DNA of 64,000 bases, taken from positions 96,001 to 160,000 of the forward strand of contig CAVZRV010000015.1 of assembly GCA_963777605.1 (NCBI GenBank). Reading direction: 5' to 3'. The stretch is from an uncultured Acidobacteriota bacterium. Lineage in GTDB: Bacteria > Acidobacteriota > UBA6911 > RPQK01 > JAPXNP01. The position numbers and the translations under genes are program-made. The notes under the pieces are model-generated. The model was not told the origin of the DNA and made no database searches. It saw only the letters and a program-made list of their open reading frames with translations. This document shows positions 49,235 to 59,179 of this stretch, piece by piece (the stretch's first letter is position 1; the number at the start of each line of letters is the position of its first letter).

Positions 49235-50572
49235 GTGTGGTTGCTGATTTTGCTGGTAGTTGCCGTCCTCGCGATCATCCTCCTGACGGCAACTCTGAGA
49301 GTTCATCCCTTCCTGGCTCTTCTCGGTGCCGCTTTCGGCTACGGCATCCTGAGCGGCAGGCTCAGTCTGGTCGAGGTAGTCGACGCCGTGAACCAGGGGT
49401 TCGGTTCCACGGTTGCCGGGATCGGAATTGTCATTCTTGCGGGCGGGATCATCGGCACGTTCCTGGAGAAATCCGGAGGCGCCCACCGACTGGCGGAGAA
49501 AGTGTTGAACCTGACCGGTGCCCGTCACGTCCCCCTGGCCATGGGAATTATCGGGAGCATCGTCAGCATTCCGGTATTCTGTGATTCCGGGTTTGTCATA
49601 CTGGCACCCCTGAACCGGTCGCTATCGCGCCGAGCCGGCGTACCGCTGGCGGCTTCGGCGATTGCCCTCAGCCTCGGGCTCCTGGCCACCCATTCCATGG
49701 TCCCGCCAACACCCGGTCCGCTAGCCGCTGCCGCCGCCCTGGACGCCGACCTGGGGCTGGTGATTCTGTTCGGTCTCCTGGCAAGCGCAGTCGGACTGTT
49801 TGCGGGCTGGCTCTTCGCTGTAACCGTCGCTGCCCGGGTCAGGACGCCCGGAGTGGACAACCCTCAGTCGGACGATCGCCCGGACAAAGCCAATGCGCCT
49901 TCCGCCGGGCGTTCGCTGGTCCCGATCCTGTTGCCGCTGATTCTGATTCTTCTTCGATCGATCGCACAAGTGACTTCCCTGCCCGGCGGAAGCACGGTCA
50001 ACAGTGCGGTCACCTTTTTCGGACAACCGGTAGTGGCGCTGCTGATCGGCGTGCTGATCGCTTTCACGCTGCCGGCGAAGCTCGAACGCTTCATGCTTTC
50101 GACCGGGGGTTGGGTGGGAGAAGCCGTGACTTCGGTAACCGGCATCATCGTGATCACGGCTGCGGGCGGGGCCTTTGGACGAGTCCTCCAGGAATCGGGC
50201 ATTGCCGCCGTGGTTGGTCACCAGCTTTCCGGAGCCCACCTCGGCATTCTGCTTCCGATCATCATTGCCGCCGCTCTCAAGTCGGCCCAAGGTTCCGGAA
50301 CGGTCGCGATTATCACAACCGCTGGAATCATGGCTCCCTTGATGACTTCATTTGGTCTCGACGCTCCGGCCGCCCGGGCGCTCGTAGTAACCGCGATCGG
50401 AGCCGGAGCCATGGTGGTGAGCCACGCCAACGACAGCTATTTCTGGGTGGTCACCCAACTCTCGGGCCTGTCGGTCAAACAGGGCTATCACCTCCAGACC
50501 CTGGGGACTCTGGTTCAAGGCTGCGTAGCAGCCGGAGCAGTTTGGATCCTCAGCCTTTTGGTGATCACCTGA
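49235..50572 (+). CDS. GntP family sugar-acid permease
   Basis: Motifs HPFLALL, LEKSGGA, SIPVFCDSGFVIL, PPTPGP, AQGSGTVA and SHANDSYFWVV. Confidence 0.9.
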   Translation: MWLLILLVVAVLAIILLTATLRVHPFLALLGAAFGYGILSGRLSLVEVVDAVNQGFGSTVAGIGIVILAGGIIGTFLEKSGGAHRLAEKVLNLTGARHVPLAMGIIGSIVSIPVFCDSGFVILAPLNRSLSRRAGVPLAASAIALSLGLLATHSMVPPTPGPLAAAAALDADLGLVILFGLLASAVGLFAGWLFAVTVAARVRTPGVDNPQSDDRPDKANAPSAGRSLVPILLPLILILLRSIAQVTSLPGGSTVNSAVTFFGQPVVALLIGVLIAFTLPAKLERFMLSTGGWVGEAVTSVTGIIVITAAGGAFGRVLQESGIAAVVGHQLSGAHLGILLPIIIAAALKSAQGSGTVAIITTAGIMAPLMTSFGLDAPAARALVVTAIGAGAMVVSHANDSYFWVVTQLSGLSVKQGYHLQTLGTLVQGCVAAGAVWILSLLVIT

Positions 50573-50686
50573 AGCTTCAATCAAGATCGCTGCATGGAAA
50601 CGCCGGAACGCCAGGGCGAGCAAGCCCGGGAAAGCCGGATGCACCCGGGCTCAAGTCAACTGCCAGTGCGTCTCCTGAAGGTCCGG

Positions 50687-51121
50687 CTAGTCCTCGACGG
50701 AGATCTCGACCTTCTCCATCACGTCTTCCTGCTGGATGCTCTCAACCACATCCAGGCCCTCGATGACCCGGCCGAATACCGAGTGTTTGCCATCGAGCCA
50801 GGGGGTCTGCACGTGAGTGATGAAGAACTGGGAACCGTTGGTGTTCGGACCGGCATTGGCCATCGACAGGATGCCGGGGCCGTCATGCTTGAGATCGGGA
50901 TGGAACTCGTCGGGGAAGGTATATCCGGGGCCTCCCGTTCCCGTGCCCCGGGGGCAGCCCGCCTGGATCATGAAGTCCTTGATCACGCGGTGAAAGGTAA
51001 GGCCATCGTAAAAGCCATCGCCGGCCAGTTTCTCAAAATTGGCACACGTGTCAGGTGCCTTGTCTTCGAACAGTTCGAGCTTGATCGGCCCGCGCTTCGT
51101 GGTAATGGTTGCAACTTTCAT
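50687..51121 (-). CDS. Cyclophilin-type peptidyl-prolyl cis-trans isomerase
   Basis: Motifs [35 protein letters not shown] and [10 protein letters not shown]. Confidence 0.95.
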   Translation of the reverse strand: MKVATITTKRGPIKLELFEDKAPDTCANFEKLAGDGFYDGLTFHRVIKDFMIQAGCPRGTGTGGPGYTFPDEFHPDLKHDGPGILSMANAGPNTNGSQFFITHVQTPWLDGKHSVFGRVIEGLDVVESIQQEDVMEKVEISVED

Positions 51122-51184
51122 CCAGTGAATTTAACAAAAAAGCCGTCTTGATCGCATTAGCATAGACACGCGGGAACGTTCACA

Positions 51185-53182
51185 ATGGAGAACATGTCAC
51201 GATGGTCCATCATTCTCGTCGCCGGAATGGCTGTGTCCAGTGTCCTGGGCACCGAACGTCCTTTCTTTGATCGGTTCCACCACTCGGCGGTCTTCGGAGA
51301 AGAACGGAACTACCGGATTTTCCTCCCCGCCGATTACGGCACGTCGAATCGCAACTATCCCGTGATCTACTACTTCCACGGTCACAGCGACCGCTATACC
51401 CTGGAGCGCTACGACAACGGGCGCGACACCGTGCCCCGGATCGCTGCGTTCGTCGCCGAGAACCCCGTTATCGTCGTCTCTGTAGACGGCTACGTGGCCC
51501 GCGACTACACCGGCTTCTACGGAGGGTCCCCCTGGGACGTCCGCAAGGAGGGAGGCCAGTTTGACTTTGGCGAGTACTTCCTGGAGCTGGTGAACCACAT
51601 TGACGGGAACTACCGGACGCTGACCGATCGCCGCCACCGGGCCACCTGCGGGCTCAGCATGGGCGGGTTCATGAGCCTCTATCTCAGTGCGAGGTATCCC
51701 GACCTGGTCGGGAGCGCCTCTGCCTTCAACCCGGGGCCGGAATTCTACGTGGGAGAGCCGGGTCGGCGGATCCTCTGGCGTCCCAAGGATCACGTCTCGA
51801 GCCACCGGCAGTCCCGGGTCCGCCTCGTTCGGGCAAGCGGGGACTTCATCAGCCAATACCACGAAGAGACCCGTGACGCCTACTCGAGGGACCACGCCGT
51901 TGACTTCGAGTACCGGCGGGACGAGTTTCACCGCCACGCCGCAACCTCTATCGAAGAGACATTCCGGTTTCACATGACGGCCTTCTCCGAGTCCTGGCTC
52001 GACAACGTTCCGGAACTCTGGAGCTACTGCAGCGCCTATCGCAGCTTCCAGGCCTGGGGCTTGTCCGCGGAGGTCGCCGCCGCCGGACCTGCCTTCACCT
52101 ATCTCGAGAATGTCCGGCAGAGCGGCATGAGAATTCGGACCCGGCGCTGGGCGCCGGACGGTCCTCCTGCCGACGTCTCCATCAGCGTAACCACAGCACC
52201 TCTCTATCGGCCCGACCAGGACTACACCCTTACCGACCTTGCCCTGTCCGACAACCACGTCACGAGCCTGCAGGTACGGTCGGATCACCAGGGCCGGATT
52301 CACTTCCAGGTTGACGGGAGCGGCCATCAGGTCAGCCTCTCGGGGCCGGGAACCGGCGCCGAACCCCCGGTGGTTCTCCCCGGGAAAGAGCCCCTGGTTC
52401 GAGCCCAGGCCGGGACGGCCGTCACACTCGCTCTTCCGGTCTACAACCCGAGAACCACCGTCATGGACCGCGTCGAAGGGGAACTGACGAGCGAATACCC
52501 CACCGTGGAGATCCTCACGCCCCGGTTTGCCGTTGATTCGCTCGGCGCGGCGACGACCATCCGCCCGGAACTGCGTGCCCGGTTCACAGCGGGGGAAGGT
52601 TATCTCGAGCGGGCCCGCCTTCATCTGAAACTCATTTATGACGGTTGGTACGAAACGGCGATCGACTATGACGTCATGGTTGTGCCCGAGGACGTTCCCG
52701 CCCCTCTTAAGTTCGAGATTCTGGACGGGCGGTCAATCACGTTCAACGTCTTCCACCAGAAAGGGAACCAGGGAGGCGGCAGTGCGATCGAGAGGCCGGT
52801 GACAGAGGGGCGCGGAAACGGGAATGGAAGGCTGGAGCCGGGCGAACAGGCCACGGTATGGGTCCAGATCCAACAGGGGCTGGATCCCTTTGACAAGAAC
52901 AACTGGTACCGCTGCAAGGCGTTGAGCGATTCGCCCTGGATCACGGTAGCGGCGGACATCGAGGAGCAAAAGCAGTTGGAGTGGACGGGCGCCCAGGAAC
53001 GAACCAGCCTCATCGAGATGTCCGCAGATGCCCCGTCAGGGACAAGAATCAGGCTCCTGCTGGACAACGAGTCGTGGACCTTCTATTACACTCCGGATGT
53101 CCGCTACGGTTCGGAGCCCCTCTACCAGGCCTTCCAATTCCACAAACGCCATCTGCATCGACTGGAACTGACGGTCCCCTGA
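51185..53182 (+). CDS. Secreted modular alpha/beta-hydrolase esterase (CE1-like) with a long C-terminal region
   Basis: Signal peptide, YRIFLP..Y, YPVIYYFHG and the GLSMGG nucleophile elbow; about 400 aa of extra beta-rich C-terminus. Confidence 0.75.
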   Translation: MENMSRWSIILVAGMAVSSVLGTERPFFDRFHHSAVFGEERNYRIFLPADYGTSNRNYPVIYYFHGHSDRYTLERYDNGRDTVPRIAAFVAENPVIVVSVDGYVARDYTGFYGGSPWDVRKEGGQFDFGEYFLELVNHIDGNYRTLTDRRHRATCGLSMGGFMSLYLSARYPDLVGSASAFNPGPEFYVGEPGRRILWRPKDHVSSHRQSRVRLVRASGDFISQYHEETRDAYSRDHAVDFEYRRDEFHRHAATSIEETFRFHMTAFSESWLDNVPELWSYCSAYRSFQAWGLSAEVAAAGPAFTYLENVRQSGMRIRTRRWAPDGPPADVSISVTTAPLYRPDQDYTLTDLALSDNHVTSLQVRSDHQGRIHFQVDGSGHQVSLSGPGTGAEPPVVLPGKEPLVRAQAGTAVTLALPVYNPRTTVMDRVEGELTSEYPTVEILTPRFAVDSLGAATTIRPELRARFTAGEGYLERARLHLKLIYDGWYETAIDYDVMVVPEDVPAPLKFEILDGRSITFNVFHQKGNQGGGSAIERPVTEGRGNGNGRLEPGEQATVWVQIQQGLDPFDKNNWYRCKALSDSPWITVAADIEEQKQLEWTGAQERTSLIEMSADAPSGTRIRLLLDNESWTFYYTPDVRYGSEPLYQAFQFHKRHLHRLELTVP

Positions 53183-53876
53183 TCCAGGGCAAAAGAAAAG
53201 GTCCCAAATGATATCCGCAAGTTGTCAGACCGAAAGCCTCTCACTCAAGTAAGGACAGTGGTTAATCAATCCTCACCGAGTGTCCGGCAACTGACTCAAC
53301 CTGTTGCCTCAACCTTGCGGCTGAAGTGCCCAGGCCGAATCCCTCGCCGACCAGCAAACCATCGCTCACCGGGGAAGAAACCCGAAGACCTCCTCTCCGG
53401 AAGACCCGGTCTGCCCGAGACTTCGTTCGAAGCCGTTCACCCGCCAGTCTCTCGATTGACAGGCTCACTTTACCCGTTGGGTGCAGACCCGACATTGCAG
53501 ACCCAGGATTGCTCCTGTCTCCGTATGCCGGCCTTGGCGTCCCGGTTCTCCGAAGAAAACCGATCGGCTTCGGACTTCCCAGATCGACCTTTCGATCGAC
53601 CGGTTCCGGCCCTTCCCATGCGGGCAAAACAACCTCACCGAATCAACCTTGAAATTCAGGGCTGACGCGTGGCCTACCGGGAAAGCTGCTTCTTTCGAAG
53701 CGACTCGCCTGATCCGCCTGACCTCCGGCAGAAAAGCGACGGTGAAGATGCTTCGCTACCGAACGTCCCGAGGTCGCTGCCTCTTTTGGTATCCGCCAAC
53801 TGCGTTTACCTTTTGGGACCGAGGTGCATGTTATCTCCACCAGGCGCGCCGGCAAAGGCTTTTTTGAACCCCGGAG

Positions 53877-53999
53877 GGTTGCACAAGGATTGTGCAAAAG
53901 TCCCTGTTTTCAGGAGGTTCCGACCGGTGCTGAATTTCGTCAATTTCGTCACACTACTTACACAACTTTCACACAGGCTTTTCCACCGATTGTGGAAAA
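53877..53999. promoter_or_regulatory. Cluster of DnaA-box-like 9-mers
   Basis: Exact TTWTNCACA matches on the minus strand at 53891-53899 and 53991-53999. One-mismatch boxes at 53967-53975 and 53979-53987; two-mismatch boxes at 53877-53885 and 53956-53964. Confidence 0.55.
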
Positions 54000-54068
54000 T
54001 CCAAATTTCTCAACCAGATTTCGACCTCCCAGGAATCTGACGAATGCACGATATAGGCGTATCTCAGG

Positions 54069-55373
54069 TCAAAAATAGACCACGAACTGGGTGGGGCCGC
54101 CGGGAGGGCGATCGAGGAAGAACTCGAATCCGTGGCGAACCAGGATCTCCCGGATCAGTGTGAGCCCAATTCCCTGCCCGTTCTTCTTGGTGCTGAAAAA
54201 CGGGGTGAAGAGGTTCTTTTGCACTTCAGGGTCCAGGTCCTCGCCCGAATCCTCGATCGCCACAAAGTAACGATCCTCTCTGCACCCGATGCGGACGCCG
54301 ATCGTCCCTTCTTCCCCGATCGCCTCGAGGGCGTTCTTGAAGACATTCAGAAAGACCTGCTCGATCTGGTTCTTGTCCATCGGGATCGGCGGAACCAGCT
54401 CCTCGACCATCCATATCCACTGAACCTTCGCTTCCCGGCTCCACGGCTCGAGAAGGGTCTCGAGATCCTTCAGCAGTTCATGCAGATCGCAAGGTCTCTT
54501 CTCAGGTCCCGGAAGGCGAACGACCTGGGCGAAGCGGTTCATGAACTCAGACAGGTTCTCCACTCTTGAAATTGCTACGGCCATTGCGTTGGAGAAGTCT
54601 CCCCGGTCCTCGGGCGACAGCTGGTCCTCGTAGTTCATGCTGGAAATCAGGAGAGAGCGCACCGCTCCGACCGAGTTGTTCACCTCGTGAGACATCATTC
54701 GGATCAGTTTTTCGTAGGCTGCTTTCTCACTCAGCCTCAGTTCTTCGGTGAGTTCCTCCATGGTAACGAACTCCCGTGCAAAGCCCTGGTCGAGGAAGTT
54801 CGCCTTGAGGCACCGGATCCGGCGGCTTCCGTGCAGCGGCAGGACCTGGGACTCCCCGAGCGACAACTCGGCAAGCGCATCGGCGAACGGGCTGCCCAGG
54901 GACTGCAGGGTCTTTCCGTGGAGCGTTTCCGCGGGCAACTGCAGGAGCTTCTCGGCACTGGGATTAGCCAGGGCAACCCGACCGTCAAAGTCGAAGGTGA
55001 GCACGCCCGCAGGACTGACCGCAAGGATTTTGTCCATGAAATAGTGCTGTTCCCTCAGCCGGGTCCGCTCCTCCCTCAGTTGCTCGATCATCCGGTTGTA
55101 GACATCAATCAGCCGGTCCATCTCGGGTTGGCCGGTTTCGAGGAACTTGGAAGTGAAGTCCTTTTCACCAATCAACTCGGCGCCGGTCTGAATCAGGTCG
55201 AGAGGTACGAACAGGCGGTGGATGAGTCGGAATCCCACCGCAGTCGAGACCGCCAGGCCCAGTTCGACGATCAGCAGCCAGGGTCGCCGGTCCGCAAAAA
55301 CGTACATTGCAGCCGCCGCGAGGAAGAGATGAAGCACGATCACGTAAATGACAAGCTTGCGCTGAAGGCTCAC
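54069..55373 (-). CDS. Sensor histidine kinase (TM-HAMP-PAS-HisKA-HATPase)
   Basis: H-box RMMSHEVNNS, N-box QVFLNVFKNA and FTPFFSTKKNGQGIGL; GTGA overlap with the response regulator stop. Confidence 0.9.
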   Translation of the reverse strand: MSLQRKLVIYVIVLHLFLAAAAMYVFADRRPWLLIVELGLAVSTAVGFRLIHRLFVPLDLIQTGAELIGEKDFTSKFLETGQPEMDRLIDVYNRMIEQLREERTRLREQHYFMDKILAVSPAGVLTFDFDGRVALANPSAEKLLQLPAETLHGKTLQSLGSPFADALAELSLGESQVLPLHGSRRIRCLKANFLDQGFAREFVTMEELTEELRLSEKAAYEKLIRMMSHEVNNSVGAVRSLLISSMNYEDQLSPEDRGDFSNAMAVAISRVENLSEFMNRFAQVVRLPGPEKRPCDLHELLKDLETLLEPWSREAKVQWIWMVEELVPPIPMDKNQIEQVFLNVFKNALEAIGEEGTIGVRIGCREDRYFVAIEDSGEDLDPEVQKNLFTPFFSTKKNGQGIGLTLIREILVRHGFEFFLDRPPGGPTQFVVYF

Positions 55374-56746
55374 GGGCTGAGTCCGTACTTTTCGAAGCGG
55401 CGATAAAGAGCGGCGCGGCTCAATCCCAATGCTTCGGCGACCTTCGAGACATTGCCTGCATAGGCATCGAGGCACTTTACGATCATCGCCCGCTCGATTT
55501 CCTCCATCGTCATACTGCCCGCCGTCGGCAGAAAATCTTTCGATCGGCCCGACATCTCCACCTGGGAGGTAATCGAGAAATCTTCCACCGAGAACACATC
55601 CTTCTCCGTGACCAGCATGGTCCGCTCAATCAACTGCCGCAGCTGGCGAATGTTTCCCGGCCAACTCTGACAGCGGAGCCATCCCATCGCCGACTCCTCG
55701 ACCCGGACCGGTCCCCGACGGTGAACCTGACTGAGGTTATCGAGAAAGTGCCGGACCAGAAGCGGGATGTCCCCGGGTCGCTCGCGCAGTGGCGGGAGAT
55801 TGACCGAGATCAGGTTCAATCGGTAAAGGAGATCTTCCCGGAACTCGCCCCGCTCCACCATTTCAGCCAAGTTTCGGTTGGTGGCCGAAACGACTCTCAC
55901 GTCGAGGCTGAGGGGAGCGCTCGTCCCGAGCACTTCGTAGGTCCGGTCCTGGAGAACGCGGAGCAGTTTGACCTGGGCATTGAGGTCGAGGTCTCCGATT
56001 TCGTCCAGGAAGATGGTCCCGGAATTCGCCAGGGCGAAACGCCCTTTTCGGTCGTGGTAGGCGTCAGTGTACGCCCCTCGAACGTGTCCAAACATCTCAC
56101 TTTCGAACAGCGTCGAGGAGATCCCTCCGAGGTTGACCTTCACGAACGGCCCTTCCCTGCGGAGGCTGTTCAAATGAATCGCTTCGGCGATCATTTCTTT
56201 GCCGGTCCCGCTTTCGCCGGTAATCAGGATCGATGCATCGGTTGCGCTGACGCGTCCGATCACTTCCAGGATCTTGAGGAAGCGGGGGTCACGGCCGATT
56301 ATCCTGCCAAAATCGTACCGTTCATCCAGTTCCGACCGGCTCCTTCCGGGCTGGCGTTTTCCCGCGGTGTCAGACGTCCGGGCAAGGCCAAGGGTCGTCG
56401 AAACGGTCTGCCGCAATTGCTGGTTGGACCAGGGCTTGGTCATGAAATCGCTGGCGCCTTTCTTGATGCCCTGGACGGCCAGATTGATCGAACCCCATGC
56501 CGTGAGCAGGACAACGGGCAGGTCGGGACGAATCTTCTTGATCTCCTCGAGCAGTGCAAGCCCTTCCGCACCGCTGGTATCCCGGGAGAAGTTCATATCC
56601 TGGATCACCAGTTCAACCCTTGATCCTTTGATCACCCGCAGTGCCTCGCCAGGATCGGAAGCCGCCCTGGCAACCAGGCCTTCCTGTTTGAGCAGGAGAC
56701 AAACCGAGGTCGTCACCGAATTGTCGTCATCAACAACAAGAATCAT
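55370..56746 (-). CDS. NtrC-family sigma54-dependent response regulator
   Basis: Receiver domain (LVVDDD, DMNF, KPW), GESGTGKE, ESEMFGH.RGAYTDA, FREDLLYRL, WPGNIRQL and a C-terminal HTH. Confidence 0.93.
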   Translation of the reverse strand: MILVVDDDNSVTTSVCLLLKQEGLVARAASDPGEALRVIKGSRVELVIQDMNFSRDTSGAEGLALLEEIKKIRPDLPVVLLTAWGSINLAVQGIKKGASDFMTKPWSNQQLRQTVSTTLGLARTSDTAGKRQPGRSRSELDERYDFGRIIGRDPRFLKILEVIGRVSATDASILITGESGTGKEMIAEAIHLNSLRREGPFVKVNLGGISSTLFESEMFGHVRGAYTDAYHDRKGRFALANSGTIFLDEIGDLDLNAQVKLLRVLQDRTYEVLGTSAPLSLDVRVVSATNRNLAEMVERGEFREDLLYRLNLISVNLPPLRERPGDIPLLVRHFLDNLSQVHRRGPVRVEESAMGWLRCQSWPGNIRQLRQLIERTMLVTEKDVFSVEDFSITSQVEMSGRSKDFLPTAGSMTMEEIERAMIVKCLDAYAGNVSKVAEALGLSRAALYRRFEKYGLSP

Positions 56747-56765
56747 CGCGGTCTGTTCCTTGAAA

Positions 56766-57947
56766 CTACTCCCAGTGCAGAGCCTCTGCAGGCATGATCC
56801 TGGTCGCGAGACGGCTTGGGTAAACGCAGCACGCGATGGTCAAGCCATAGACCAGTACCACCGACAGGACCAGTCCATAGAGATAGACCCTGGGACTGAC
56901 GAACGGCAAGAGGTCGAGGAGAGGAAGTTGGGCGACGAAGAGTACTCCAATCGCCAAGCCCAACGAGGTGATCACCAGCAATTCTCCGGAGATTTGCCAG
57001 TAGATCCAGCCTGCTGACGCCCCGAGCGCCCGACGCAATCCCAATTCGGAAGTTCGCTGGGATACATTCTGCCAAACCACCCCGATCAACCCCAACGCAA
57101 CCATGAGAAGCAGGAAAGCCTCGACGATGCCTGCCGCAATCAGAGGAACCAGTCTGAACCGGTTGTTTGATTCTCTCATTTGGTCGAGCGGCTCAATGTC
57201 AAAACCCCAGTCCGGCCTGACTGCGTACAACCGATCGGCCAGCGTTTCCTCGAATGACACCGGAGTCCCGGGCTTCAGCTTTACGAGCAGTTCGTATCGG
57301 TTGCCGTCGTCGTGAGTCAGCCGCTTGAACACGTAATCGCGGTCTCCGGAAAACTCCCCGTCCTTCCGGAAGTCGTTGATCACCCCCACCACCCGGTACT
57401 CCGGCTGATCGTCAGGGGCCGAAATCACCTTTCCAATGGGATCTTCCCCATTGAAGAGCTTTCGCTGGAGAGACTCATTGATGACGGCGGGCTTCCAGTC
57501 CATTCCGTCGTCTTCTTTGCTGAACCAGCGGCCTTCAACGACCTGCAGGCCGAGAACGTCCTTGAGATTGTCGGAGCCCAGGTTTTGAGGCACTTCGAAG
57601 CGCTTCCCTCGATACTCCACTTCTGAAGTCCAGTTACTCATAGTCCACGGCGAGAAGCTGATCAGGCTCACTGTCTCCACCCGCTCCAGGTCTTCGAGCG
57701 CGTTCGTGAGCTGAGATGAAAACCCGGCCAGTTCCGCTTCATCACCGCTGGCCTGTGTCGCCAGGGAAACTGCCACCGACCAGACGTTCCGGTAGTCGAA
57801 CCCGAGGGGCCGGCGATAATTGTCGAAATAATACATTCCCAAGGTCGTGACCCCAAAGAGCACGAGGAAACAGACGAGCACTTCGATGACGATGAGCAGG
57901 TGACTTCTTTTCCGATTCCAGGACAACTTCAAAAGTTGCTTGATCAT
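56766..57947 (-). CDS. MacB/FtsX-like ABC transporter permease
   Basis: N-terminal TM helix, periplasmic domain with EGRWF and VINE, and RTSELGLRRALGA. Confidence 0.88.
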   Translation of the reverse strand: MIKQLLKLSWNRKRSHLLIVIEVLVCFLVLFGVTTLGMYYFDNYRRPLGFDYRNVWSVAVSLATQASGDEAELAGFSSQLTNALEDLERVETVSLISFSPWTMSNWTSEVEYRGKRFEVPQNLGSDNLKDVLGLQVVEGRWFSKEDDGMDWKPAVINESLQRKLFNGEDPIGKVISAPDDQPEYRVVGVINDFRKDGEFSGDRDYVFKRLTHDDGNRYELLVKLKPGTPVSFEETLADRLYAVRPDWGFDIEPLDQMRESNNRFRLVPLIAAGIVEAFLLLMVALGLIGVVWQNVSQRTSELGLRRALGASAGWIYWQISGELLVITSLGLAIGVLFVAQLPLLDLLPFVSPRVYLYGLVLSVVLVYGLTIACCVYPSRLATRIMPAEALHWE

Positions 57948-59167
57948 GCTGCCTTTCCTCCTCTCAAGGCGTCGACAGGATTGAGGCGAGACATCCTCCA
58001 GGCCGGGTAGACGCCCGACAAGAGGCCGAAGAAGACGGCTATGGCGAGGCCCGAGAAGAAGATCCGGTAATTCATCTCGAAGTGCGAGTAGGGAATGAGT
58101 CCGCTTTCCGAAAGCCAATCGAGGAAGAGTATCGACCCAACCCATCCGATGGCTCCTCCCGCCAGCGTTAGAACCAGGTTCTCCACCAGAAACTGGGTGA
58201 CGAGGTTGAAGGATGATGCGCCAAACGCCCTCCGGATCCCAATCTCGGACATTCGCTCCCGAATGCGGCTGACGTTGATGTTGACCAGATTGACCGTCGG
58301 GAGGAGCATGAACAGAACCATCACGGTCATCAATCCGGCGAATAGCTGGCCCCCGAAGAACGCCCGTGACACAGCTTCGAAAAGGCTCTCAGGGTGAGCC
58401 TCCAGCTTGTTGACGAAGCGGGGGTCGGAAAAATCCACGTGGGCAAGCATGCCCTGAAATTCGCTCTTCACTTCGGCAAGGGCCTCCGGCGACGATGCGA
58501 GAATTGTCGCCCAGCACATCCCGCCCACGAGATCCTGCCTGTATGCGTCCGACGCCAACGTGCTGAACGGAAGCCATATGTCCGAAAAGGTCGTGAACCG
58601 GAGCATGGGAACGTCCTGAACCACTCCGACCACTCGAAACTCCCGGTTCTCGATCCTGACACTCTTACCGACAGCCGCTGCGTCTCCAAAAAACTTTCGA
58701 CGGGTGGACTCGTTGATCACCGCGACAAAATCGGCATTTCGTTCATTCTCGGCCGTGTAAGGGCCGCCCTCCAGGAAGTTGAATCTGAACACCTCCCAGA
58801 ACTGACCGTCTGTTCGCTTGGTGTACGACCGGATTTCCTTTCCCTTGAAATAGGAGGTCGCCGGTACAAAGGGGCTGTGCAGCGTCACGACAGATGCGCT
58901 CTTGAGTCTCCGGGTGTAGCGATCGTGCAGCAGGAATCCGCCGGGGCCGGAAAAGCGGCGATTCGGTCCTTGCGCCAAGACGACATAAATGCCCGCGGTT
59001 CGATTCTGGTAGACCTCCGGCGCATGGGCGCCGAAGGTGTGGTCGTAAAGAGAGACCGCTACGACCAGGACCATCAGGGTCAGGCTGATTCCGAACAGGC
59101 TGATGAAGGTGAAGAACTTGCGTCGAAGGAAGACCTTCCAGGCAACCTTCAGGTAATTTCGAATCAT
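57944..59167 (-). CDS. MacB/FtsX-like ABC transporter permease
   Basis: Motifs MIRNYLKVAW, ERMSEIGIRRAFGA and SGVYPAWRMSRLNPVDAL. Confidence 0.9.
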   Translation of the reverse strand: MIRNYLKVAWKVFLRRKFFTFISLFGISLTLMVLVVAVSLYDHTFGAHAPEVYQNRTAGIYVVLAQGPNRRFSGPGGFLLHDRYTRRLKSASVVTLHSPFVPATSYFKGKEIRSYTKRTDGQFWEVFRFNFLEGGPYTAENERNADFVAVINESTRRKFFGDAAAVGKSVRIENREFRVVGVVQDVPMLRFTTFSDIWLPFSTLASDAYRQDLVGGMCWATILASSPEALAEVKSEFQGMLAHVDFSDPRFVNKLEAHPESLFEAVSRAFFGGQLFAGLMTVMVLFMLLPTVNLVNINVSRIRERMSEIGIRRAFGASSFNLVTQFLVENLVLTLAGGAIGWVGSILFLDWLSESGLIPYSHFEMNYRIFFSGLAIAVFFGLLSGVYPAWRMSRLNPVDALRGGKAA

Positions 59168-59179
59168 GAACGCATCCTC

